Notes: a model not told the origin generated them from the letters alone. A stretch of 64,000 bases of DNA from an uncultured Desulfospira sp. (GCA_963663165.1 OY760175.1:4672001-4736000), one strand, 5' to 3'; numbered from the stretch's first letter, positions 31,242 to 41,952 are shown. Made by a program: numbers and translations.

Positions 31242-34200
31242 TTAATTGGTGAAAAGGAGGATCACTTTCCGGGCATCCCGTACCGTGATGGTGCCGTCGC
31301 CGTCCAGGTCACAGGCCGGGCATGCGGAGGCATCCTGTCTTAAGTGGCTTCTGGCCACAGCAACGTCGGCCCGGTCCACATCACCGTCCCCGTCCAGATC
31401 GCCTTGAAGGGGCACGTCGATTTCAAATACGGCCACGGTGCCGCCCACTTCGCAGGCCATGAGCACCAGAGGTTTTCCTGTGGGGCTGTCTGCCGCCGGG
31501 ATGAAATCCAGACCCTCGGGGGCGGAGTCCAGAAAGGAGCCGTCAAAGGGCCGGGTGTTGATGTAGTTGACAAAAAAGGCGTTTGCAGGGTCTGTGATGT
31601 CGTAGGTCATCATGCCGCCGATACGTTCCAGGCCCACAAAGGCAAAGATTCTGCCGTTGATTTCACCCACTTCAATGCCTTCGGGTTCCGGGCCTTTTTT
31701 GGGGCTGCGCTTGTCCATTTTCTTGGTTTTGTAATGGTCGTTGTCAATATTAAAATAATCGGGCAGACGCTGGGCCGTAATCACCTCAAAGTCGTTGCCG
31801 CTGTCATAGACCTGGACCATGGTGTCTGCATCCCAGATGGAAAAGGAGCGTGCCCCGAAAAGATACACTTCGTCGGTATTGCCCATATCCCTGGCGCAAT
31901 TGAAAAAATAGACCTCATCCTGGGTTCCGCTGGGCACCTGGACATCGGTGGTGTAGAAAAAACCGGCTGCCTCGTCGCCTGTGAGGTACGGGACTATGGA
32001 CTGGATCAGTGCGTTGTTTGGATAAAATTCTGCAAAATCACCTTCGTTGGCGGTCAGGATATAGGTTTTGCCGTCAACACTGAAGCTTGCCACGGCATCA
32101 GGCATGTACATGCCGAATGCGGGAATATTTTCAAGGGTGATGTTCGAGTCTTCAATTACGTCCAGAGAATTTTCCGGCTGTCTTAAATCCTTGAAACCAA
32201 GGCTCTTGACTGAAACCAGCGTCTTTGCCGCCACGTCAATAATAGCAATGGCGTTGTTTTCCTGGAGAGACACATAGGCTTTTCCGCAGTCTTCGGACAG
32301 GGTGATGAACTCGGGTTCAAAGTCCGTAACCGCATCGGTTTTATCACGCGGTACCATAAAATAGCTGTCTTCCTGAGCTTCAACTCCTCGGACATGTACG
32401 TCATCATCAATCTTTGATACATCGTCAAAATAGACATGGGTGACGGTGTCATCGTCCGTGCCGGATGTGCCCATGGTGTCCACAATGGTTACGGAACCTT
32501 TGGGGTATAGGGAGATGTCGGACTGGGCGGCCCCTCTGGGTTCAGCCTCGTCAGCCGTGAGGATGTACCGTCCGTTTTGAGAGGCAACAACCATGTCCGG
32601 ACCGAATCCTGCCTCATAGTGGTGGACATAGTTGCCGTCATAATCAAGAACCAGAACAATACCTTTTTTGCTGATGTAATCGTCTTCCTGTACTGACAAA
32701 TAAATCCGGTCGTTAACGGTGCTGACGGACACGCAGCTCAGGTCGCCGTATGTAAAATCTGAAACGTTAGTTGCAAGAAGGCTTTCAATATTGATGGTTG
32801 TTTTACTGGTAAGGTTTAAATAGCCGCTTGACGGATACCCGGTAGCCTGCAGGGTGACAATATCCAGGGTGGCGGGGCTTGTGGCACCGTTGACGATATA
32901 GAATTTGCCGTTCTCCTTATTAAACTCAACCATCTCAGCCACGCCGCCGTCCGTATCCACGGTGCCGGCGCTGTATCCGGCGATTTTTCTGACGGTAATC
33001 ACATCCTCGGTATCCGGTCCCGGAGACTGGGTGGTGATGCCGCCTGAATAGACAGCCTCGCCTGATCCCACCGAATTCACCGCAGCAAGGGCAAAGTAAT
33101 AGGTGGTTCCGGAGTCAAGACCGTTGGCATAGCAATAGTCCGTCTTGCCGGAAAGAATCCGGGGCTCGGATGACAACAGGTTTGTTTTCGACTCACTCTG
33201 GTAAAAATAGTATTCATCGGCATCACCCGCACAGGTCCAGGTGAAGAGTACGGAAGATGTACCCGCCTCAACCGGCTGGGCTTCTGCTGTAAAGTCTTCA
33301 GGGGGTGTGGGGAACCCGCCGATCTCGATTTCTAGGATCTCACTGGTATTGCCCTGAAAATCCACGCCTGCAATGTAGACGTTGAGGGCATCCGGCTCAA
33401 GATCCGTCAGGGTAATGGTATTTCCTGCCACGCCATGTCGGCACTGGTGCCTGCCATGACGGTCTCTATGAACGGTGTTTCATCTCCTGCCTCATACACC
33501 ACGTAATAGAAGGTTCCTCCTTAATTTGCGGTAAACGTGACAGTGGCTTCGGTATAGCTGGTCCGGCTCCAGGAAGCATCTGAAAGCACTGGCGGTGTAA
33601 TATCATCGTATTCATGAATTTCCATAACCAGAATCGTGCTGACCATGTCGTCGGCATCCTTGGCGACAATGTAGACGTCCTTGGCACCGCTTGTGAGATC
33701 GGTAACGGTGAAGGCCACTTCGCCTGCCGTGCAGGCCGTGCCATCGACCGTGGTATCCAGTTCCGGCTGGTCAGCTCCGTCTTCCACCACGGCATAGTAG
33801 TACTCACACACCTCATTGGTAGTGAAGGTCACGACAGCTTGTTCCAGGCTGGTGCGTTCTGATGTTCCTGCGGTCAGAATGGGCGGCATCTCATCAATGC
33901 CCACAGCTTCAAAGTCGATGCCGGCTGTTGTGGCGAACTCCTCGGCTACCGAGCCGGGAACGCCGCGGATTAAAAGTGCGGTATTATGATTGTTGAACGC
34001 ATAACTGTTAATACATGTCACACTGTAGGGAATCGTGATTTCGGTCAGTTTTTCACAATTTTGAAATGCCCGGTTGTTGATCGTGGTCAGGCTGTTGGGA
34101 AGGTTGACCTCTCTTAGGTTGGTGCAATCGGAAAATGTATATTCATCAAGCAGAGTTACCCCGTATGGGATGGTAATGGATGTTAAGCCCGAACAATATT

Positions 34201-34741
34201 GGAATGCACTTTCTCCCATAACTTCAAGACCGTCCGGGAGGGTGATTCCCGTCAGGCCGATGCATTGGTAGAATGCATCCTCTCCGAGGGTTGTCACACC
34301 GGAGGAGATTTCGTAGATGCCGCTTCGGCCTTGGGGAAAAGAGACCAAGGTTGTCCCCGCTTTGTCGAACAATACGCCGTCCTGACTCATGAAAATCGTA
34401 TTTTCGCTGTCAACAATGATTTCCGTCAAGGACGTGCAAAAAGTAAATAAACGGTTAGTAAAATCTGTTATAGAGGCCGGTATTGTAATGGATGTTACGG
34501 TTGACCCGCTTGAAGAAAAAATAAATTTGTAATTGAGTTTTGTCACGGGCAGCCCGTCGATTTCGGCGGGGATTTCTACGGCACCACCTTCACCCTGGTA
34601 TTTTGTGAGGTAAATGTATGTACCGTAATTGTAGTAAGTCCAATCGCCGTCTTCCGTGGTATCAGCCAGGGCTGTCCCCGGAACAAGGCCCAAAAGTGCA
34701 AAAAGCACCAACATCATTGGTATCAATTTCAATTTTTTCAT
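31242..34741 (-). pseudogene. Interrupted gene for a ~1166-aa secreted protein: signal peptide, BspA-type LRR, two Ig-like repeats, FN3, choice-of-anchor I domain, C-terminal dockerin-like domain
   Basis: ORFs 33521-34741 and 31242-33431 join across an in-frame TAA (33521-33523) and a frameshift near 33430-33450; LRR pattern AFxxCxxLTxITIP; EPEFITLS...QENNAIA and KGPEPEG...GLERIGG; GDLDGDGDVDRAD...DLDGDGTITVRD. Confidence 0.85.
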
Positions 34742-34861
34742 CAGTTCCTCTTTTTTAATTTTATTTTTCTGTCATGTGCAGTTCTGCTTTCCCATGGCAC
34801 TGCCCCTGGAAAGCCAGCCTGATGCTTCAATAGTTTGCATCGGTTAAGCCGGGCAGCCTGA

Positions 34862-35401
34862 CTAGCAGCTCCTGCGGCCCCGTCTTAAACCCGCCAGCCC
34901 CGCAAGGCCCGCGCCCAGCAGCAAGAGGGTGCCGGGAACCGGAACGGCGCTGATGTGGGTGCCGTTAACGGTAAAGGCGATGGCATTGCCGTCAACATCG
35001 GACAGGATAATGTTGGAAAGACTGATGCCGGAAAGGGCAGACTCATCCCCTGAAAAGGAGATGGTGGCCAGGGTGAAAGAGGCGGATTGAGTGCTGAAAT
35101 CCGCTGAATCGGTCAGGTAGGAAACAACCGCCAGATAAGCGGTTCCGGTTGCATATTCCTTATCACTCCTGTCTTCAGCATCATAAGAGTCAAAGCTGCC
35201 GAGTTCTTCAGTCAGGCTGTACTCATCAAAGGTGAGCAGAGTGCCATCATAGTTCACATCAAATTCAAACCCTGCCAGGTCCAGGTTTTCCAACCCGGAA
35301 ATGGTAATGTTAACTTCATAGGCGGTAGCAGATGTTGCCCCCATCACCACCAGACCAAAACAAAACATGATTGCTGCAATCAACTTCTTTGATAAAATCA
35401 T
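34862..35401 (-). CDS. Secreted cohesin-like protein with PEP-CTERM/VPLPA-CTERM-type sorting signal
   Basis: Signal peptide ending ATA; cohesin-like LAGFEFDVNYDGTLL.F, LATISF, ISLSNIILSDVDG; tail VPVPG + hydrophobic helix + RRGRR. Confidence 0.85.
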   Translation of the reverse strand: MILSKKLIAAIMFCFGLVVMGATSATAYEVNITISGLENLDLAGFEFDVNYDGTLLTFDEYSLTEELGSFDSYDAEDRSDKEYATGTAYLAVVSYLTDSADFSTQSASFTLATISFSGDESALSGISLSNIILSDVDGNAIAFTVNGTHISAVPVPGTLLLLGAGLAGLAGLRRGRRSC

Positions 35402-35795
35402 GTGTCTTCTCCTTTTTTACGCTGTATTAAAATTATGCCCCGGACCTTTTGCCGGGGGCAGAAACCTAATAACACAGGTAAAAAAAATGATTGCCGCTGG
35501 ATTTTCAAAACCTGGCCCGAGATTTCCACTTTTAACATTTTAATCAAATTTTAACAAAAATACGGGGCTTTCCCGGGGCTCAAATTTCCGGGAAAACCCG
35601 CTAAGGACTGGGATGGCGTGGAAAATGCCGGGTCATTGGCCAAGGCAGGAAAGGATTCATTTGAAACGCTGACTTATCACATATTCAAAATCCCAGGTTT
35701 GACCCGAATATTTCAAGTTTTACTCTTGAATTTGAGTAAGGCGTGAACTAATATTTATAAAAGTGAAACATAAAGAAATAATTTGGAGATGAAAA

Positions 35796-36062
35796 ATGGA
35801 AAAAATGAAGTCAATTACTGTTCACGGTATTGAACCACCCCTGGCTGAGCTGATCAAATCCAGGGCGTTTTCAGAAGGATTGAGCATAAACAAGACCGTA
35901 AAAAAAATTCTTGAAGAAGCGCTGGGTATAAAACCTGCCAATTCAGATCGCCATCGGGATGATTTTAAAGCCTTTTGCGGTGTATGGACCAGGGCCGATC
36001 AAAAGGAATTTGAAAGCAACACTCAGTCCCTCAATGCCGTGGATCAAGAGGATTGGCAATGA
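35796..36062 (+). CDS. Ribbon-helix-helix antitoxin (FitA/VapB-like)
   Basis: SITVHGI...IKSRA..EGLSINKTVKKILEEALG; ATGA overlap with the PIN gene; TTGAAT-17-TAATAT promoter at 35726-35754. Confidence 0.8.
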   Translation: MEKMKSITVHGIEPPLAELIKSRAFSEGLSINKTVKKILEEALGIKPANSDRHRDDFKAFCGVWTRADQKEFESNTQSLNAVDQEDWQ

Positions 36063-36451
36063 AAAACGTCCTGCTTGATACCAATGCATATGTAAGCCTT
36101 TTAAGTGGGGATGAAGCGGTGTTAAATGTCCTTGCCAATGCATCCTGCTGCTATATGTCGATTTTTGTTATTGGTGAACTTTATGCCGGTTTTGCCGGTG
36201 GCCGAAAAGAGAGGCAAAACCGGGAATTGTTAGGCCGCTTTCTAAACCGATCTACCGTTAAAATTCTTAATGCCACCATGGAAACTTCAGATCTGTTTGG
36301 ACACATTAAAAACAGCTTGAAAAAAAAGGGCCGGCCCATCCCCATTAATGATGTCTGGATTGCCGCCCATACTATGGAAACAGGCTCTACCATCATCACT
36401 TACGATCGCCATTTCATGGAAGTCGACGGCCTTCGCGTTTTTCAACAATAG
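36059..36451 (+). CDS. vapC: PIN-domain toxin, VapC family
   Basis: LLDTN, IGELYAG, KGRPIPINDVWIAA, TYDRHF. Confidence 0.92.
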   Translation: MKNVLLDTNAYVSLLSGDEAVLNVLANASCCYMSIFVIGELYAGFAGGRKERQNRELLGRFLNRSTVKILNATMETSDLFGHIKNSLKKKGRPIPINDVWIAAHTMETGSTIITYDRHFMEVDGLRVFQQ

Positions 36452-36524
36452 CCATTTGGGGCAGGGTAAGGATATTCTCCAAAATAGTTGAATCTTGGAT
36501 TTTTATATTACATGTGATGACGGT

Positions 36525-36552
36525 GTAGGGGCGATTCATGAATCGCCCCTAC
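36525..36552. repeat. REP-like perfect 28-bp palindrome
   Basis: GTAGGGGCGATTCA / TGAATCGCCCCTAC, starts with GTAG. Confidence 0.85.
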
Positions 36553-36609
36553 GGCCGACCCAACAGCACCGCCTCATCCGGTTTCCCGTCTCCTTTCTAT
36601 ACATTATTA

Positions 36610-37571
36610 TTATCCCTTCCGGCCCATACGCATCAGGTATTGTTTGGGGGAATATCCGGTATGGGCCCGGAACGCTTTGCCAAAATGGCTCAGGTTGGTG
36701 TAGCCCACAGCGCAGGCGGCCTGGGTGGCTGTCATTTCGTTCTGGTCAAGAAGTCTTTGGGCCGTTTCCATTCGTTTGTGTTTCAGATAATCAAAGGGGG
36801 TTACCCCGTATACCGCTTTAAAGCTTCGGTACAGGCCGCTTGGACTCATTCCGGCCTGGCCGGCCAGTTCCGGAATGCTGGGCGGGGCCTCCAGATGCTG
36901 TGCCAGCAGCTGCCCGGCGTGCCTGGCCTTGTCAATATTCTCAGCTTTAATGGCAAGCCGTTTGCCAGGGCGGGGCTTCCCGGCATTCAGCTGGTCCACT
37001 TTATAGACCATCAACTCCAGAATTTTGCTTTCCAGGAAAAATTCACGCACCGTTCCTTCATAAGGGCAGTTGATGATTTGCATGAGTACGCTGCGCATGT
37101 CCGGTGTCAGGCTATCCAGAAAAAGCTTGGAACGGGACCGGTGTTGAAGGGGGACCAGCCGGTTTTCCCAGGTTTCTCCCATCAGGGCCTGAAATTCCCG
37201 GGGTGCCATTATGAGGATAATCCGGCTCGTCCGTTGCGGGCCGTATAGGTCACGGATGGTTTGTTCCTGAAAATGGTAGGTGGCGCTCAGGTTTGGGCCA
37301 ACCATATCAGCTTTTTTTTCCCGTTGATGAAAAGGTCGGCCGTGCCGTGCAGAAAAAAGGCAAACCCAAAGGCCGGGGGGAAGTCTGTGTAATCGAAGTG
37401 GGTTGGCGCATTAAGGGTGAAATCCGACACTTTCACATGTACACCTGAGCGAAGGCACATAAATTTGATGGTTCCCCGGCCGATACAGCCCGGAAGGTTG
37501 ATCTGACTCTCGGCCCCGGGCCGGACCGCCGGGTAGGCAATTTTCTGGGCTGCATTCAGTTTCTTAACCAT
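36610..37571 (-). pseudogene. AraC-family (PchR/YbtA-like) regulator split by a frameshift in an A8 tract
   Basis: ORFs 37287-37616 and 36610-37305 join if the A8 at 37312-37319 is A9; FLESKILEL, FKAVYGVTP, VGYTNLSHFGKAF. Confidence 0.85.
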
Positions 37572-37659
37572 CTCTGCCTGCTTCGAATAGTTGAAAAGCA
37601 CATTGCTTGAAAACAACCTTGCATTCTATCCCAAGCTATTAACCCATAAAAATTAAAGC

Positions 37660-37817
37660 TTAATTAGTGTTTGAACGAAAAGTCACCCATCTGCTGTGTT
37701 GCAGGAAAAGTTGCAATCCTCACAACCCCATGGTTGCTCCGGTTGCAACTTTTCCTGCGCCTTGCACCTGGGCAACTTTTCGTCCAAACACGGGGTTTTC
37801 GTTCAGGCACTAATTAA
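37660..37817. mobile_element. 158-bp palindromic MITE-like element
   Basis: Terminal inverted repeats TTAATTAGTGTTTGAACGAAAA / TTTTCGTTCAGGCACTAATTAA (20/22) and internal inverted repeat GCAGGAAAAGTTGCAA / TTGCAACTTTTCCTGC. Confidence 0.75.
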
Positions 37818-37930
37818 AGACAGATTAGCTGTCCGTTAAACTGTGTGGTGATTGTGAATGCTTTGTGGTTGGTAAACAAAGCGTTAATGTGGTAAAAATA
37901 GGCTATCAATAATGAACAGGCAAAGACCAT

Positions 37931-39937
37931 ATGGGGTTGTTCGAGCTAAAATCATCTTTTTTACCCACCGGAGACCAGCCGGCGGCCATTGAGTATCTGT
38001 CCAAGGGCGTTCAAAAGGGTGAGCCCCACCAGGTCCTTTTGGGCGTGACCGGGTCGGGCAAGACTTTTACCATGGCCAATATCATTGCCCGCATGGAACG
38101 GCCGAGCCTGATCATTGCCCCCAACAAAACCCTGGCGGCCCAGCTTTATAATGAGTTCAAGGCCCTGTTCCCGGAAAACTGTGTGGAATATTTTGTCTCA
38201 TATTACGATTATTACCAGCCCGAGGCCTATATCCCCTCCAGCGACACCTATATTCAAAAAGACTCTTCCATCAACGAGGTCATTGATAAAATGCGCCACT
38301 CCGCCACCCGGTCGGTGCTGTCCCGGCGGGACGTCATTGTGGTGGCGTCGGTCTCCTGTATTTACGGTCTGGGGGCCCCTGAAGATTATCTGGATCTGCG
38401 GGTGACGTTGGAAAAGGACATGGAAATTTCCCGGGAGGAGGTCATCGCCAGGCTGGTGGATATCCAGTATACAAGAAATGATACGGATTTTCACCGGGGG
38501 GTGTTCCGGGTCCGGGGAGACCGTTTGGAGGTCTTTCCGGCCTATGAGGAGGACCGGGCCGTCCGCATTGATTTTTTCGGGGATATGATTGAAGAGATCA
38601 GTGAGATTGATCCGCTGAAGGGGGATGTCCTTAAACGCTTTGACCGGATGGCGGTTTATCCGGCCTCCCACTATGTGACCAAACAGCAGACCCGGCAGAA
38701 AGCGGTTAAATCTATCATCAAAGAACTTAAAGAGAGGTTGGCCTGGTTCCGGGAAAACGACCGGCTTCTGGAGGCCCAGCGCCTTGAGGAACGGACCCAG
38801 TATGATATTGAGATGCTCAATGAGATCGGGTACTGCAACGGGATTGAAAATTATTCCCGGCACCTCACCGGCCGCTCGCCGGGCCAGCCGCCGCCCACCC
38901 TTTTAGACTATATTGACGAAGATTTTTTATTATTTTTTGACGAAAGCCACATCTCCGTATCCCAGCTCGGGGCCATGTACAAGGCGGACCGGTCCCGAAA
39001 GGAGACCCTGGTGAAACACGGGTTCAGGCTGCCCTCCGCCGTGGACAACCGGCCTTTGAAATTTGAAGAGTTTCAGGAGCGGGTCCGCCAGATCATTTAC
39101 GTGTCCGCCACCCCGGCCGACTATGAAATGGAAAAGGCAGGGGGCCGGGTGGCTGAGCAGATTGTCAGGCCCACCGGGCTGCTGGATCCGGGCCTGGATG
39201 TCCGGGATGCCAAAAACCAGGTGGATGACCTTTATGAGGAGATCATCAAACGGGTGGAAGCCAATGAACGGGTCCTGGTCACCACCCTGACCAAGCGCAT
39301 GGCCGAGGATTTGACCGAATATTATGCGGACCTGGGCGTCAAGGTCAAATACCTCCATTCGGATATCGGCACCGTGGAGCGCATTGACATCATCCAGGAC
39401 CTTCGCCGGGGCCTGTTTGATGTCCTTGTCGGCATTAACCTGCTCCGGGAAGGGCTGGATATCCCCGAGGTCTCCCTGGTGGCCATCCTGGATGCTGATA
39501 AGGAAGGTTTTTTGCGCTCTTACCGCTCCTTTATCCAGATATTCGGCCGGGCCGCCAGAAATGCGTACGGCCGGGTGATCATGTATGCGGAAAACCAGAC
39601 CGGTTCCATGAAAAAGGCCATGGCCGAAACTTTGAGAAGAAGGGAGATCCAGAAGGAGTACAACAAGGCCCGCGGGATAGTGCCCTCTACCATCCAGAAA
39701 ACCATTAATTCGTTTGATTATACCATGAGCGATCTGCCGGGACGGAACCCGGCCGCAGCCGTAGATGAGGAGATTCAGGCCTATGAAGCCGAGGAACTGG
39801 AACTGGATGACCTCATCCGGGATCTGACAGACCGGATGAACCTTGCCGCAGAACAGCTTGAATTTGAAAAGGCGGCCCGGTTCAGGGATAAAATAAGAGA
39901 GCTGCAGAAGATCTCAACGGTTCAGGATAAGGTCTAA
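37931..39937 (+). CDS. uvrB: Excinuclease ABC subunit B
   Basis: [49 protein letters not shown]. Confidence 0.99.
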   Translation: MGLFELKSSFLPTGDQPAAIEYLSKGVQKGEPHQVLLGVTGSGKTFTMANIIARMERPSLIIAPNKTLAAQLYNEFKALFPENCVEYFVSYYDYYQPEAYIPSSDTYIQKDSSINEVIDKMRHSATRSVLSRRDVIVVASVSCIYGLGAPEDYLDLRVTLEKDMEISREEVIARLVDIQYTRNDTDFHRGVFRVRGDRLEVFPAYEEDRAVRIDFFGDMIEEISEIDPLKGDVLKRFDRMAVYPASHYVTKQQTRQKAVKSIIKELKERLAWFRENDRLLEAQRLEERTQYDIEMLNEIGYCNGIENYSRHLTGRSPGQPPPTLLDYIDEDFLLFFDESHISVSQLGAMYKADRSRKETLVKHGFRLPSAVDNRPLKFEEFQERVRQIIYVSATPADYEMEKAGGRVAEQIVRPTGLLDPGLDVRDAKNQVDDLYEEIIKRVEANERVLVTTLTKRMAEDLTEYYADLGVKVKYLHSDIGTVERIDIIQDLRRGLFDVLVGINLLREGLDIPEVSLVAILDADKEGFLRSYRSFIQIFGRAARNAYGRVIMYAENQTGSMKKAMAETLRRREIQKEYNKARGIVPSTIQKTINSFDYTMSDLPGRNPAAAVDEEIQAYEAEELELDDLIRDLTDRMNLAAEQLEFEKAARFRDKIRELQKISTVQDKV

Positions 39938-39942
39938 CCGGC

Positions 39943-41820
39943 ATGGATCAGGCTTTAAAGGGGCGCCAGACCAGAGAAAAGATCATGGAAAAGTACCGGC
40001 AGGCCCCGGCAGGCCCCGGGGTTTACCTGATGAAGGATGCCAAAAACAGGATCATCTATGTGGGAAAGGCCAAGAACCTTAAAAAACGGCTCTCTTCCTA
40101 TTTTGTCAAAAAGCAGCACCATGATCCCAAAACCGCTGTTCTCATTGATATGATCAAGGATTTTGACCTGGTGATTACCGGCTCGGATCATGAGGCATTC
40201 ATCCTTGAGTCCAATCTGATCAAGGAACACCGGCCTAAATACAATGTCATTCTCAAAGACGGGAAAAACTATCCCCTGCTGCGCATTGACATGAGCCAGG
40301 ATTATCCGTCCATCCAGCGGGTCCGGAATGTTAAATCGGACCATGCCCTCTATTTCGGCCCCTATTCATCATCCCGGAGTGTGAACCAGACCTTAAAGCA
40401 GATCCAGAAGATTTTCAAGTTAAGGCGGTGCCGGGATACCCAGTTTAAAAACCGGTCCAGGCCCTGTCTGAACTATCAGATTAAAGCCTGTTTAGGGCTG
40501 TGCTGCATGCCGGTTCCCAGTGAAGAATACAAGGCGCGGGTCAAGGATGCGGTCCTGTTTTTAAAGGGCAAATCCGGCCAGGTCCTCAAAAAGCTCAAGA
40601 CTGAAATGAAAGGGTATGCGGCGGCAACTCAGTTTGAAAAGGCAGCCCAGGTCAGGGATACGATTTTTGCCATTGAAAATGTCATGGAAAAACAGGTGGT
40701 GGTCTGTCCGGACATGCAGGACCGGGACGTGTTTGCCCTTTCCTGCGACCGGGGCCGGGCCATTGTCACCGTGATGATGATCCGGTCGGGCAGGCTCATT
40801 GATACGGCCCATTATCCGGCCGACTTAGGATTTAAGGACGAGGATGAAATTTTGTCCGCCTTTCTGGACCAGTACTATGAGAAAACCTCGTTCCTGCCGC
40901 CCCTGGTTTTGTTGAGCCGGGGCATTGAAAACCGGGACACCCTGGCACAGGAACTGTCAGAGCGAAAAGAAAAAAAAACCGCCCTTCATGTGCCGGTCCG
41001 GGGCGAAAAAAAGCAGCTGGTAGACATGGCCATGACCAACGCGGCCCGGGAGCTTGAAAAACAGCTGGGAAAAGAAGAGGAGGAACAGGCGGCCATGGAC
41101 ATGCTCCAGTCGCTTTTGGGATTAAAAAACCTGCCCCGGCGCATTGAGTGCTTTGACAACTCCAATTTGTCAGGCCGGGACCCGGTATCGTCCATGGCCG
41201 TGTTTACCAACGGCCGGGCCGATAAAAGCGCCTACCGAAAATATATTATAAAGGATATCCCTTTTCAGGATGATTACGCCTACATGTTTCAGGTCCTGGA
41301 GCGACGGTTTTCAGGGTCGGGAAAATCCGACCCTCACCCCGACCTTCTGGTGGTGGACGGGGGCAAGGGGCAGCTGGGCATGGCCCTGGCCGTGTTAAAG
41401 GAACTGGGCCTTGAGGGACGGTTTGCCCTGGCAGGCCTGGCCAAGAAAGACCAGGCCAAAGGAGAGGTCAGGGACAAGATCTATATCCCGGGCCGGTCCA
41501 ACCCCCTGAACACGGGCCAGGCCCCAAAGGCCCTTTATCTTTTAGAGCAGGTCCGGGATGAAGCCCACCGGTTTGCCGTAAGCTTTCAGCGAAAGCGGCG
41601 GGAAAAACGGGGCGGATTGTCGGTTCTCGATTCCATTGCCGGGATCGGGCCCAAAAGAAAAAAAATGCTCTTGACCCGTTACAAGGGAATCGGGAAAATG
41701 AAGCAGGCCGGCCTTGAAGAACTCAGCCGGCTGCCGGGAATGAATGCCGCAGTCGCAGCAGCACTTCTGGATGGTTTGAATGGTGAAGAAAAGGTAGAAA
41801 CTTCAAATTCAAAGGACTGA
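39943..41820 (+). CDS. uvrC: Excinuclease ABC subunit C
   Basis: GIY-YIG PGVYLMK...IIYVGKAKNL, RIECFDNS, VDGGKGQL, RDEAHRFA, HhH. Confidence 0.99.
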   Translation: MDQALKGRQTREKIMEKYRQAPAGPGVYLMKDAKNRIIYVGKAKNLKKRLSSYFVKKQHHDPKTAVLIDMIKDFDLVITGSDHEAFILESNLIKEHRPKYNVILKDGKNYPLLRIDMSQDYPSIQRVRNVKSDHALYFGPYSSSRSVNQTLKQIQKIFKLRRCRDTQFKNRSRPCLNYQIKACLGLCCMPVPSEEYKARVKDAVLFLKGKSGQVLKKLKTEMKGYAAATQFEKAAQVRDTIFAIENVMEKQVVVCPDMQDRDVFALSCDRGRAIVTVMMIRSGRLIDTAHYPADLGFKDEDEILSAFLDQYYEKTSFLPPLVLLSRGIENRDTLAQELSERKEKKTALHVPVRGEKKQLVDMAMTNAARELEKQLGKEEEEQAAMDMLQSLLGLKNLPRRIECFDNSNLSGRDPVSSMAVFTNGRADKSAYRKYIIKDIPFQDDYAYMFQVLERRFSGSGKSDPHPDLLVVDGGKGQLGMALAVLKELGLEGRFALAGLAKKDQAKGEVRDKIYIPGRSNPLNTGQAPKALYLLEQVRDEAHRFAVSFQRKRREKRGGLSVLDSIAGIGPKRKKMLLTRYKGIGKMKQAGLEELSRLPGMNAAVAAALLDGLNGEEKVETSNSKD

Positions 41821-41952
41821 GTTTGAGAATGAATGTTTTTTTCCTTTACAGCTGGGACGTTAACGTATAGTACCTATCATCTGTATTGGCTGTTTAAGCG
41901 ATAACGGCAAAAAGGGACAACAACAACCCAAATGGGCATATGGAGAGGACCA

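Noticed and set aside
31344..32186. 280-aa plus-strand ORF
   Set aside because: Antisense shadow of the choice-of-anchor I coding region.
35402..35700. Expected sigma-54 promoter, riboswitch or Pho box upstream of the PEP-CTERM-type gene
   Set aside because: No correctly spaced GG-N10-GC found by eye; the TTAACA copies at 35532 and 35551 do not form a convincing 11-bp tandem box. Only generic hairpins.
36495..37248. Plus-strand ORFs of 108 and 236 aa
   Set aside because: Antisense to the AraC gene and spanning the REP palindrome; no RBS or protein motifs.
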